This document shows positions 35,908-48,990 of a stretch of DNA of 64,000 nucleotides, in pieces. Every line of letters begins with the position of its first letter. Position 1 is the first letter of the stretch. The translations under genes were made by a program, and so were the position numbers. The notes under the pieces are model-generated. The model was given only the letters and a program-made list of their open reading frames with translations. It did no database searches and had not been told where the DNA came from. Origin of the DNA: Octopus sinensis (taxonomy: Eukaryota); assembly GCF_006345805.1 (NCBI RefSeq), contig NC_043001.1, forward strand, positions 98,518,001 through 98,582,000, in the 5' to 3' direction.

Positions 35908-37299
35908 CTATAGGGTAATTTAAGCTTCTATTCATGATGTAAAAAAAAAAAAGAAGAAACAAACCAACCTTTAGGAATCTCTTAGGTTAATCCCAAGTTT
36001 TATCTTATTCTTTGTATCAAAAGACAAGATTTATGTGCAAAAAAAATCAAAAAAAAAGGAATTAAGAAAAAAAAACTCCCTCAAGACTAAAAAGTTTGCT
36101 AGTCACTAACTTATGTCGTTGTTTTGGGTTTTTTTTTTTTTTTTCCTTTAATTTTCTTTCTGATTACTTCGTCAAATAAGGAATGGCAGCACACTTTACT
36201 TTTAGTTTTCAGGGCCTTAGACTAAAAGGAAAATGTTACTCTCATACTCCATGCTACAGTTAGGGCTTTGCTAAAGGCACTCAATATCCAGGGTGGTACT
36301 AAATCAAGCCACAGATCAAGCTTGCTACTTGAGAACAAAGATAGCCCATTCAACAAGCTTTTACATATTTTTCTAACAACCGAATTCAATTCTCAAAGTT
36401 TTTTGTCAAACCAAGGCAATAATTCGAAGAACACAGCGACCCACACATTGGGATTTGGTCTGAAATCATAGTTGCAAAGTAAACTTCTTAACCTCACAGT
36501 TGTACCTCCTCTCTTCACTGCTGTTTCATTATTCTTTATTTTCTTGTTAGTGTTATTTATTTGATGATAGTTTTTCTTTATGGACCCACATGATTATGAT
36601 CCTTTTGGCATTAACAGAACACCAGTTTGCTATCACTCACCAGCACTACAAAAAATAAGTGGGTTGGTGGAAGAGTGCTATGTTTTTTTTCCCCTTTCAG
36701 GTGGGAAGGCAGTGCCCATGTCCCTTTCCTGGACTTCCAAGGCTTCTGGGAGGCCAGAAGATATCCTCCATTCATTTACAAGTACTCAGGCCAAAGTGCT
36801 TTCAAGCAAATGGACTCCACTAAAGGCATGCATGTTAAACCACACAATGGATTAAGTTTATCACCCAAGTAAGCCATGCCTGGATTTGAACTTGGAGCAT
36901 AGTCAGAACAGCTGCCACAAAACATTGATATTCTAATGTCTCCTACGAAATTGCCACTTGTATGACATTGTCATACAAATACAGTTTGGTGCCTCCAGTT
37001 CATGCTGATACCAAATCTTCTCTGGCTTTTGCTGGTATACAATATCAGCACTAGCACAGTGGAAATGATGGAGGCCAAGAATAATAAGCAAATGGCTTGG
37101 TAACCCATTTAGCTTCAGTGATGTGGCTGACTACTTTCCTTAACGTTCATTGTGAAAGGGTACAAGTGTAGAAAAGCAAGGCTCTTGTGTATGCTTGAAG
37201 ATTCAGGGGTTCAAGATTGGTTAAGAACTGGTAGAGAATGGAAGGCTCAGGAGGTGGTGGATGCAGCAGAGTAGAACCTCAAGTTTAGAGAAATGAGAT

Positions 37300-37690
37300 A
37301 CACACAGATCATTAGTCAGGGACTTGAATCAGTGGCGTTGTGTTCAGACAAAAAGAAAATCAAATTAATATAAGAGGAAGCCAAGAGAATCGAAAAGGCA
37401 GCCCAGCAAGGCTAACAATTACAATGGACAATGTGGGAGAGTGCACTTCAAAGAAATCTCAGCTGGAATTATATAGGACATAGCTCCTTTTAGTCTATTT
37501 CATATTCAGGTCTGTCTATGACCTACCCTCAAATACAAACCTAGTGAAGGGGAAAAAATTGGATAACTTTGCATTCCTACTCAACCAAGGGAAACATCTT
37601 GATTTTGTGCAAAGTAGCTCTAGCCCAATGGAAGTATACATGGAGGTGCAATCAAGCATTTGGGTTGCTTTGTCAATATATAATGTTTAT
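37300..37690 (+). mobile_element. Fragment of REL-endonuclease non-LTR element (HERO-like)
   Basis: Remnants VYDLPSNTNLV..and L..CKVALAQWKYTWRCNQ resemble the CCHC/WRH(N/D)QVL region of HERO/R2-group ORFs. Confidence 0.55.
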
Positions 37691-39596
37691 CAATTCATAT
37701 TGTTTTGGATTAATTGTTTTATCTTGTAGTTTTTAGAGATTTCAATGATGTATTTGTTTAATTTTAGAATGACCTTGTTGGATAGGTATGAGAGGCTGGA
37801 CTCGGATGGTTCGAACAAAAAGAAGATAGAATAATTTGGGCCAGATATGGCCTATTAAAATGCTAAGGAGTTAAAGAGATCTTGCATGCAATTTGTATTG
37901 AGAAGGAAAATGAGTCAAAAGAGTGTAGCCAGGAAACCACCTTGCCAATTGAATCTTTGAAGCAGGGTCTACTGGATGAAGCAGATGAATTAAGAGTTCA
38001 AAGCAAACCTAGAATGCGATTTCATCCAGAAATCAAGAGTAGTTATGAGACCAGATATCATACTCCACTCACTCTCATCAAAACAAGTGATTCTGTTTAA
38101 ACTCTGTCGTGAAAACACTTGAAGCCCACATCTGCAGAACTGAGATATTTGGTAGTTTATTTTCAGAGGAAGTCTTTGCCATAGAGGCGTGAGTGTTGTG
38201 AACAAATTTATCTACAGTCTCATGAAACAGCTCTCAGGTTCTCTTAATTTACCTTATGTTTACCCCATGACTTAGACCAAAGTGATTACAAAGTCTAAGG
38301 TATCTTGACTCTAAAGCACCACGACCACCCCAGATTATATTGGTTAAAATGTGGAAGCAGAGGGGCATCCAGGAGTCATGCCATGAATGTGACCTGTGCC
38401 CCTTAGAGTGCAAGGAGTTTAGAGCCAAAGTATTTTCATTAAAGACGAAAACCTACTGCCATTCCGCTTTCACTTGAGCTTCTTACTACCCAATAGCATA
38501 TATATTTGTGGGTATGTATGTGTATTTATATATATAAACTTTAGTGGGTGATGTAATATTAGTAATTTACTATTCTTTTTTTCTTTTTTTTTTTAAGTGT
38601 GGCTGTGTTGGGTAAGAAGCTTGCTTCCCAACTGCATGGCACCCCAAGCAAATGTGTGTCTGTTTATCTCCCACCACTGCTTGACAACTGGTGTTGATGT
38701 TTTATGTTCCCATAGCTTAGTGGCTTGGCAAAAGAAGAGGTACCAGGCTTTAAAAAATACTAGTGTCAATTCATTTGATTAAAAATTCCTCGATGATGCC
38801 CCAGCATGGCCACAGTCAAATGAATGAAGCAAGTAAAAGAAAAAAGAAATAACACTTTTTTGTGGGTTTTTTTGTTTTTTTTATTACAACTTTTCTATAT
38901 ATTCTTCAGTATGGAAAATATATATATATAATTATCATCATTGTTTAACATCCACTTTCCATGCCAGCATGGTTTAGACAATTTGAATGACTGGCGAACC
39001 AGATGGCTGCACCAGGCTCCAATCTAATCTTGCAGAGTTTCTACAGCTGGATGCCAACCACTCCGAGAGTGTAGTAGGTGCTTTTGCGTGCCATTGGCAT
39101 GAGGACCAATCAGGCGGTACTGGCAACAGCCACACTCAAGTGGTGTTTTTTACATGCCACCTGCACAGGAGCCAGTCCGGCGGCACTGGCAATGACCTCA
39201 CTCAAATGTTTTTCACGTGCCAGTAAGGCGACACTAGTAACGATCACGTTTGAATGGGGCTTTTTACGTGCCACCAGCACAGAAGCCAGTCAGCTGCTCT
39301 GGCAGCGATCACGCTCAGATGGTGCTCTTAGCACTCCACTGGCACGGGTACCAGTCATCGAATTTGATTTGATTTGGATTTCACTTCCCTCAACAGGTCT
39401 TTGCAAGCAGATGAAATACATATACGATGAGAAAAAAATGGAAAACAGGACAAGTAAAACCAGAGAAAGGACACTTCATCAGTTGTCAGCAGTAGATTTG
39501 ACCACTGATGAAGGGTCCTTTCTCTGTGTTTACTTGCCCTGAACTGTTGATGACATCCTGTACCCATGTATGTGTGTGTGTGTATGTATATATATA

Positions 39597-40650
39597 TCTG
39601 TATCTATAAAAGGCAGGATGTGTGTGTGTACGTGAATGTAATTTATGCATGTCACTCCAATTTTATGAGGACATTCGTCACCATCCCTACCTGGGTTTTG
39701 TCATCTTATTTTTTTTCCGAGGCACCTGAGGATAGTGGTAAAAACCTATTTTCAACCATAGCTTTTACGAATTTTGAAGGTTGCTAACATGAGTTAAGTC
39801 CCTTCTGGCCATAGCCAAGCAAAAGTGTGTGAGGGAGAGAGTGTTTCACGTCTAACAGAAAAAGTATGTGTAAAGGAGAGAGTTTGACAGCATCTAACAA
39901 AAAAAAAGGTAAAGTCAAAGTGAGAGAGGGAGAGTAAATGACAGCGTTCATAAAAAATAAAATGTAAAATGTTTTGTTTTTTCTTAAACACGAGATATAG
40001 TCTTCAAATTTAGGATGTTTTTGAAAGACACTATTTTATTATCAGATTATATATACTTTCTCACACAACAATTAAAATATATTTATTTTAAATCATTCAT
40101 CTTTCTCCCCCTTCTCTCTCTCACACACATTACTTTGGGCACGAAAGAGTTTTGTTTTTATTTTATGCCGAGGAAAGAGTGTTTTGTTGAGAATCCATTT
40201 ATTTAACAACAAAGAGGTAACAATTTGACAGTGAATTACACAATATAAATGGTTACAGTTTACGAGGCTTCCACCACACTCCACTCTGTTTTTCGGACCA
40301 CAAAAAGGGTTTTGTAGCATATTAGGAGGCCAGAGTAGTTGATTCCACGAAAAAACAAAATCGGGTTTTTTCGTGGAATCAACTACAAATTTACCAACAT
40401 TTTTCCCATTTATTTCTGTTTATGAACATGTATGCGTGCACAAAACATATGCAACAGGTGTACGTGTGTGTTGCCCATATTTATATTATAATATATGTGT
40501 GTGTATGTATATATATATATATATATAAACCAATTTCAACGGATTTCGCCCAAATTTGACATCAATACTACTTAGTTTGGTTTGAAATAAAGAATTTGAT
40601 TAGCTTAATAATCGTAACTTAATCCCAGGCAAAGTCGGGTTATACTGCTA

Positions 40651-40651
<1 letters not shown>
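39597..40651 (+). mobile_element. Non-autonomous Helitron
   Basis: 5' TC (a|TCTGTATCTATAAAA), 3' CTAG|t preceded by hairpin-like cccaggcaaagtcggg, inserted between A and T. Confidence 0.7.
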
Positions 40652-40692
<41 letters not shown>

Positions 40693-42129
40693 GCTCACAC
40701 TCACACTCTCTCTCATACAGAACCTAAATAGAAATTCTATATGCAGAAACAGCCTCTGATGATATTTTAATGAAAAGCACAGCTAGTTGGGTCAATCTTT
40801 CCTGGCATGGCAAAATATTTATTAAACAAGTGGTTATGACTCAACTAACATCATTTTAATGGTGATTGTCTTTCCAGTCTTTTGGGCCCATGTTTCCTTG
40901 ACTTGGAGAGATAAATCTACCAGTTTGTGAGAAATAATTTTACTGTCACACAGGTAGAATTAGTACTGCAAGGAAGTAACATACTCCTCAGTTTTTACTG
41001 CAGGAAGGAAGCTGTTCATATATTGTAGTGCCTATTTACACCTAGGTTTATTTGAAAAGAAGTGTTGTGATCTTTGATAGACTTACTTATCAATTACCCT
41101 ATCAACTCGCCATCTGCGTCCTTTTATTATGATAATACTTACCTTTTTATTATTAATAGCACAGTCATGTCTGCATGGTTAACAAGTTCACTTCCTAACC
41201 ATGTTGTCATGGTTTCGGGTTCAGTGCCATTCACTGAATTGCACCTTGGGTAAGTATTTTCTGCAATAGCCCCAGATTGACCAAGTCCTTTTTAATGGAT
41301 TTGGTAGACAGAAACTAAAAGAAACCTGTTACTGATATATATTTATACATGGGCATATACATTTGTTTATATTTGCACTTCAATAACTGCTCAGCTGTAA
41401 GCAGTCTGCTGCTGTCATTTCCTGTCAACAAGTTGTCCACTGGCTTTCCATCATCCAAGTCTTGAGAAAGCGTTAAGAGTTGTGACAACATCCATTTTCC
41501 ATGATGGCATGGGCTGGACGGCTTGATAGGAACTGGCAAGGGGAGGTTCCATTGTCTGTTTTGACTTGGTTTCTATTGCTGGATACCCTTCCTAACACCA
41601 ACCACTTTACAAAGTGTACTGATATATACCTGCGTCGTTATATTTAGGGCTACTTTATCCATGGTGTCCTTCTTTAAGATACTGTTTATTGAAGGTGATG
41701 ATGGTTGTAATTTCAAGCAAGTCAAGTAACTATGTACAGGCATCCATCATTGGCTTACACCGTTGATATTAGATATATGTAATTATAACAGTCCAACTAT
41801 TTCCCTTTAATCAGGTGCAAGGGTAAATGGTGTTGAAGCCAGAGCATGCAATGTTAAAAACCAAAACCATAGAATTGAAGAAAGATATGTAATATCCTAT
41901 GTGACCTCTTTCCAGCTGCCTCTCAGTGGAACATGTAGTTGCCATCATCCAAGTCTTGGTTAGGGAGTTCAGCTCATGATTATAAGTTTGCAAGTTCAGT
42001 TCCTGGACCAGGCATTGTAATATGTTCTGAACAAGACACTTTATTTCCCCATTGCTCCAGTTTACTTAGCTGAAAATGAGTACCAGCAGGTTGCTTGTTC
42101 AACTCTTTCTTCCTTCAAATGTCACATTG

Positions 42130-42996
42130 TATTTGCCATTGAGAATTCGTAGAAGTTTCGTGGGAATATGGATTTCACAAACAATCCCGCATGTAGAGAC
42201 ATCCTGTTTGCCACAGATTGTCCTCAGACGCAGGGACAGAATGACTGAGGAGCTGCTGGTTGCCAAAACAGACACTCCGAGGATTTTCACCAGAGCCCCG
42301 TCTGCCAGGTTGTGGCCCTATCAGGAACCGAAGTTCCTGACGGCATAGCTCTGACACTACCCGTTACCAGCGTCCCCGCCACGGTGAGGCAGGGATGGAC
42401 TTTGGGGACAAACGGTCAGGGTGCAGCTGAGGTCAATCATCGCATCAATGCTGCTCAATCTGCCTTTGGACGCCTAAAGCGGTGTCTGTGGGACCGAAGG
42501 GAGATCTCATCGGTGACCAAAGGGCGAATATATCAGGCCATCGTTTGTACAGTACTTCTCTATGCGGGTGGTCAATCAACGAAGGCTGGAAGTCTTCGAC
42601 AATGACTGCCTCCAGTGCATTCTTCGCTGCCGTCAGGTGGATCGGGTTCCCACTCCCAATCTCTGACTTCACCTGTCTCTACGGCCCCTTCCATCTGTCC
42701 TGCAATGCCACTTGCAGTGGTTTGGCCGTGCATGTAGGTGTCCGGTGGGTGAACTGAGCTGTGATGTCCTCCCAACTGGCGGAATTGTGCGGGTGGGCAG
42801 CTGAAGACCTGGGCTACGACAATCAAGGAGGACCTCTCCGTGCTCATGGGTCCGCATGTGGTCAGCCTGCGCCGATGGAACCGTGAACTGGCGCAGGACC
42901 ATTGTGCATGGACTGCCATGGTTCAAGATGCCTCGAGGGTGGTAGAAGAAGCCGACTCAACCCACCCAGAGTGAATGTCACCACAAGTACAAGTAA
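42130..42996 (+). mobile_element. RTE-clade LINE 3' fragment
   Basis: AEVNHRINAAQSAFGRLKRCLWDRREISSVTKGRIYQAIV..LLY is the RTE ORF C-terminal region, followed by a (CAAGTA)n tail. Confidence 0.8.
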
Positions 42997-43799
42997 CTGT
43001 CACATCCTTTCCGCTTATCTGGGTCAAAGGTAAGACTAAGATGGTGCTTATGTCTACTCATAGCCACATATGTATCTAGAACAACAAGCAAAGGCATCTT
43101 GCCAAGCAATATTCATTTGTGAGTGATGGTTAACTGTACTTCATTTGCATTCATTTATATATATTAATCAATAGGTCTGTAGTAAGCCCTATTATAAGGC
43201 TATGGCTTAACCCAGTTTTCATGCCTTATAAGTGAGTGAGATTACAGGATGCCAGTCTTTCATGGTTAACTTCTCATCTATTACTGGAACTCATTTACAA
43301 CTGTGTTGTTGCAATATGAAATGAAGTCTTTTGCTCAACAATGCAATTTGTTGCCCAGTTTAGGAATCAAAACCACTATCTTGCTGTCATGAGTGCAACA
43401 TTGTGACCATTTGGCCATGTGTCATCTTAGGTAAACCTTGCCTAAGATACAGAAAGCACTAATTCTCAGAAACCAATATATTATAATCTGCAGTTTAGAA
43501 TTTGAAAACTTGTGTTATTATTTTTTTTTTTTTTCTGTTCATGTTACTGTGGTTGGTAATTTGCATTAATTTCTGTAGATTTTGTTTATGTGGCTTAGCC
43601 TGAAGAGGAAAGGCAGCAAATATAATTCTTTATTGTACAATACCGCTTAGTGTCAAGAGAGGAAAGAAACCATACCCAGATTATTCTCAAACCAGGGGTC
43701 TTAATCTGAATACTTACAACAGAGGAACTCTGTCAAAGACATTCAGAGACCAGACAGCAATATTAAACTAGGGGATAGATTAGATCTACCCCCCAAGAA

Positions 43800-45640
43800 T
43801 AGGTACAGATTATCAGATTCCATGGATGGCAATCTGGTATCTTCCATGGTGTGCATGAAATTGGTTCTCAAAATGAAAAGGGAGTTCTGTGATGCATGCA
43901 ACCTATTAATCTGCAACACTAATGTCAGGAAGCCAGACAGCCACCTGATAACTTATCAATCAGGTATCTCTGCTAGCCAGATTGATTTCATCCTCACCAG
44001 ACAGTGGGACGCAAGGCTGCTCTTCAATGCAAAGACCCTCCCTGGTGAAGAATGTACCCTCCAGCATAGACTAGTTATCAGTGACTTTAGACTCAAGGCC
44101 AGAAGGATGCCAGGAAGCAGACCAATCCAGAAAAGGATTAGGAAGCTAAAGAACCCTTCACATGGTTAGAGATTTAGGGACATCCTCACTGAGAAATTTG
44201 ATGAGAGGGAGGAGGAGCTACAGACCTTAGACATAGAGGTAGCTGGAAATTCCTATGGGACAGCTTACTGAGCGCCACAGACCAAATCTGTGGCTGGTGC
44301 AAAGTCTCTTCCAGACCTAGAGTAATGTGGTGGTGGAATAATATGGTAGACAAGGCCATTAGAGCAAAGAAACAAGCCCGTAAGAGCAGGGGCAGCAGGG
44401 AACTGTACTAGATAGACTGAAGGGAGGTTGGGCAACAGGTGAACATAGCCAAGGGAGAAGCAGAAAAGAAGAAATTTGCCAATGTTCAGCAACCTGAGGA
44501 CCAAAGAACTAAAGTATTTTAGATTGCAAGACAGTGTGTGAGAGAAAATTGTGATGTCACAGGAGAGAAATGTATCCACGTGGATGATGGTGCACTTGCT
44601 TTTAATGATTCTGCAAAGAAAGAGGCTTGAAGAAGCCATTATAAAAGGCTGCTCAATATGGAGAATGAATGGGAGGAGGAGGAGAGCCTGCCAATGTTGA
44701 CCCTGTAGAGGGACCAGCTATCCAAATAGACAGCACTCTGGTATGATAAAGCAATTAAGGATATGAAGTCAGGAAAAGCCCCTGGCCCAACAGGAATCAC
44801 TGCTGAGATGCTTAAAATATCTGGCGTGTGGGTTATGGCCAAGTCATCCATATTGTAAACCTGGTAGTTCACGAAGGAGTCATACCCAATGACTGGTGTA
44901 GCAGCACCATAGTCAACTGCTACAAAGGTAAAGGTGATGCTTCAGAAAGAAATAACTAAAGGGGCATCATACTGCTGGATCAGGTGGAGAAGGTCATAGC
45001 TCAACTAATTAGGGAGAGAGACTACTTAGATGAGATGCAGTTTGGTTTTGTGCCAGGTAGAAGTATCACTGTCCTAGTAAGTAGGAATGCAAACACATCA
45101 TAAACTCCCTTTAGGTAGATGGCCCTGCTCAACCAGTAGAAATTCTATAAGATGTACCCTGTGTAAGCTATGGACACATAATAGGTGCAGCAACATCAAA
45201 GGAAGGTTAACTGGGAATATAGCTTTCATGTGTGGCAGATGCACAGGGGTAGTTAACACTGCAGATAATCAGAAAACTGATTCCATCACATGCCAAGGGA
45301 AGAAACTAGAAGTAGTTGATAGCTTCCACTACCTAGGCGACCAAGTCTGCAGTGGGGGTGGATGCTTGGAGAGTGTTGCCACTAGAATGAAAATGGCCTG
45401 GACAAAGTTCAGAAAGCTCCTGCCCCTACTGGTGACAAAGGGCCTCTCGCTCAGAGTGAAGGATAGATTTATGATGCACATGTGTAAACTGCCATGTTAC
45501 ATGGCAGTGAAACCTTTGAACATTGGGCCTCACAGATATGCTGTGATTGAGAAGACCTGGCAAGTAAAGTGAGATCACAGCCGTAGCCTATACCAGTGTT
45601 GTATAACCAGCCCACTTAAAGAGTACCTTTGGATCATTGG
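43800..45640 (+). mobile_element. Decayed, internally deleted RTE-like LINE
   Basis: APE tail SQIDFIL..QHRLVISDF, RT start KSGKAPGPTGITAEMLK..CYKGKGDA, later LEVVDSFHYLGDQV. Confidence 0.8.
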
Positions 45641-46525
45641 GCGACATGCCATGCTTGAGGAGGCCTATTGAGTCAAGTAAATCAAAATCAAATGGAAATT
45701 GTAGTTGTGACCATTGTCAGTGCCACCTGACTGGCTCCCATACTGGTGGCATGCAATAAGTACCATTCATGCATGGGCCATTGCCAATGCTGCCTATCTG
45801 TCTCCTCGTGCTGGTAGCACGTAAAAAAGCACCATCCAAACATGGTCGATGCCAGCCCCCCCCCCCTTCCCCAACTGGTTCTTGTGCCAGTAACACGTAA
45901 AAAACACCATCTGAACGTAGCTGATGCCAGTGCTACCTGACTGGCTCCCGTCCTGGAGTGGGTGACATTAGGAAGGGCATCCAGCTGTAGAAACTTTGCC
46001 AGATCAGATTGGAGCCTGGTGTGGCCTCCTGGCTTGCCAGTCCCCTGTCAAATTGTCCAACCCATGCCAGCATGGAAAGCAGACGTTAAATGATGATGAT
46101 GATGAACTTGAGTCAATCTAAGGTTATGGTCGGCGACACTTGCTCAAGATGCTACACAGTGGGATTGAACACCTCATCACACGTTTACAAAATGAGCCAC
46201 TTACAGTAATTTCTGCATTGGATACTCTTTCAAAGACCAAACTGTCCAATTCATAATTCGTTGGGGTGAATCATTTTTGAAGTAAATTAAACTTGAGCAA
46301 ATTACTGTCACTGGTGGTAAACTCCCAACAAGCTCAATCTACTATGCAAGTTCAATTCCCAGTTGAAGCACTCTTTATATTTGGAATTCCTACTATAGTA
46401 TAAGATGCTTGTGCTCACTAAACTGACTCTCTTTTAATGCATGACATGAAGACAAAGCCTCTATGTACAATAGTCGGAGTACTTTTGGAATGAACTCTGA
46501 TCACTTGCTAAATATGGCTGATAGT

Positions 46526-46730
46526 AGAAGGTGACAAGCTGGCAGAAATGTTAGCACGCCCGGTGAAATGTTTAGCTGTCTTTATGTTCTGAGTTCAAAT
46601 TCCACCGAGGTCAACTTTGCCTTTCATCCTTTTGGGGTCGATAAATTAAGTACCAGTTGTGTACTGGGGTCGATCTAATCGACTATCCCCCTCCCCAAAA
46701 ATTTTGGGTCTTGCACCTAGAGTAGAAAAG
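46526..46730 (+). mobile_element. MetaSINE-like SINE, near full length
   Basis: Same core and tail as 1801-1938. Confidence 0.75.
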
Positions 46731-48543
46731 AATATGGCAGATAGTTTCTACTACCAGGTGAAATAATTAGTAGTGTAAGTAGTCGTAATGAAATGAAAGA
46801 GCTAAAGTCATAGAAGCATGGAAAATGTTTGAAAAGATTGACTACATTGGCAACAAAGTATTTCTTTTTTGTAACATTTGAGCAGTGAGGATTATTTAGT
46901 CTTATGAGGTACAAAGTGACCTCACTAATGCTGGTGCCATGTTAAAATGCACTCAGTATGCTGTAATATGATTGGCAAATGAGCAGATATTACCTAGGAT
47001 CAGGAGGACATCTTTAGCTTTGCTGAGAAAATGAGTCTTTCTGGTGTTCATACCACAACAAAATGCACCCTATTCACTTTTGTGAAGTGTTCGGCACTAG
47101 TAAGGGCATCCAGCAATAGAAATTGAACCAAAAATGAAAAATACAAGCAAGTTTGGTCTGCAAATCCAGTTTTAAGAGCAGTAACACCAAATAAGATCAG
47201 ACTCAAAACTGTGAGGGCTTATCTAACTCATACCAGCATAAGACAGTGGATGTAAAATGATGATGGCAAACGATGTGGTATATGTTTAATGTGATGCTAC
47301 ATGGACATTAAATGTAACAAAAAATGTCATCTTTGTATTTCACAAGGCTCATACTGAACTCATTGATTAATCAATGTTTGAACATGTCACTAACTGCAAA
47401 ATTTTAAAATCATGTTAAAAAATAAATATGCTTTATGACAAATTCTATTCCCTTGACAAATTTTCAGCAAATTGCTTATTCATAACTCCTATATTTGAAG
47501 ATTTAATTAGCATAAAAAGTAAAACATAAATGAGCTTTATTGAAAGACATCAGCAAATGCATTTTTAAAAAAATGAATGCACAGTCAGGCACATATACCA
47601 CCAGATGATACATGGTAGATGGTACACATAGTCATAGCAGAGAGAGAAGTGGTGAGGTCAGTTTTAGATGAAGGGACACAATATATCATAATACAGGTCT
47701 GCACAGAAGCCTATATGTGGTCACTTAATAGGAATCAAATCTCCAGTAACTAAAACTCTGCCAAGACACATTGGACAGTGTTGTCAAAGGTACTGTTGCC
47801 CATAAATAGTCATGGACGGAGTACCTTTACCAACAGGTTTCCTCAATCAGAGCTACACAGAACTAGCAGCAATGATAATGACAATATTCAGTTTCATAAT
47901 CAGAATTTATTTTCTATTCAGCAATAATATTGCTATTTATTATAAAAGTAAAGTGTTTTGTCATCAGATTTAATATCTTGCAATTTAGATCTAATATTAC
48001 TTTTATTACCCTTTGCTACTACTTTTCTGGTAGCATTTTCAGTTTGGTTTATATCTAGTCATCATCATCATCAGTATTTTAAATAATTGGATAATTTTTG
48101 TAGTAGTTACTCAACTGTAATTGACAAAATGATTTTACCATTGTTTGGTAACATGCATAACTGTATTTTCCAGCATACAAACCAACGTAGTATATTGTGT
48201 AAACGTGTAGTGTAAGCATTCAAACAGTGTAAACATTTAAATAACTTCCCAAAGCTTGCTGCATTTCACATGGAATTTTTGACCCTTCAAAATTGTCTTG
48301 ATACATAACTCAACCTACCTTCTTTGGGTGCAAATTTTGGTCAGAAAAATTCCACTTGTATACCAGAAAATACAGTAGACAAAAGTTACCCAAAAGGAAT
48401 ATGTTCAGATGTGACAAGATAAGGAAGAAAAATCAAGTATTTACAATAGTGTCCTTTATTGGAGACCTTGAGAAGAAGAATAAAAATAATCCTTGCTGAC
48501 ACAGACCACAAATTAATCAACTCAAATTCTCCTGATTGTTCAT

Positions 48544-48684
48544 TTAATTGCTGCTATTTTTCTCATGGAGTAGATCTATGTAAGCACCAGCAATCAAATC
48601 AGATTTCTGAATATTGAATTTTTTCATAAAGTCTTCTGCAATTTTAACACCTTCCAATTTCTCCTGATCTTCTTTCATCATAAC
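48544..48684 (-). CDS. CYTH-domain (CyaB-like) protein, terminal coding exon
   Basis: ttctcaag|VMMKEDQEKLEGVKIAEDFMKKFNIQKSDLIAGAYIDLLHEKNSSN* matches the CyaB-like C-terminus (EG..IA..LM....I...DLI.GAY.DLL). Confidence 0.88.
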   Translation of the reverse strand, partial: VMMKEDQEKLEGVKIAEDFMKKFNIQKSDLIAGAYIDLLHEKNSSN

Positions 48685-48785
48685 CTTGAGAAGGAAAAAG
48701 AAATTAGAAAAATTTTTAAATTGCAAAGGGATTCAAAATAGAGGTTTATGCAGTTATGGAAGTGTTGCACTCTCGAAATTCTTGC

Positions 48786-48990
48786 TGTAACAGAAACGTT
48801 AGCATGCTGGGCGAAATGCTTAGCAATATTTCATCTGTCTTTATGTTCTGAGTTCAAATTCCGCCGAGGTCAACTTTGCCTTTCATCCTTTCGGGGCCGA
48901 TAAATTAAGTACCAGTTGCGTATTGGGGTCGATCTAATCAACTGCCCTCCCTCCCCCAAAATTCCAGACCTTGTACCTAGAGTAGAAAAG
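48786..48990 (+). mobile_element. MetaSINE-like SINE in CYTH intron
   Basis: Same core and tail as 1801-1938. Confidence 0.75.
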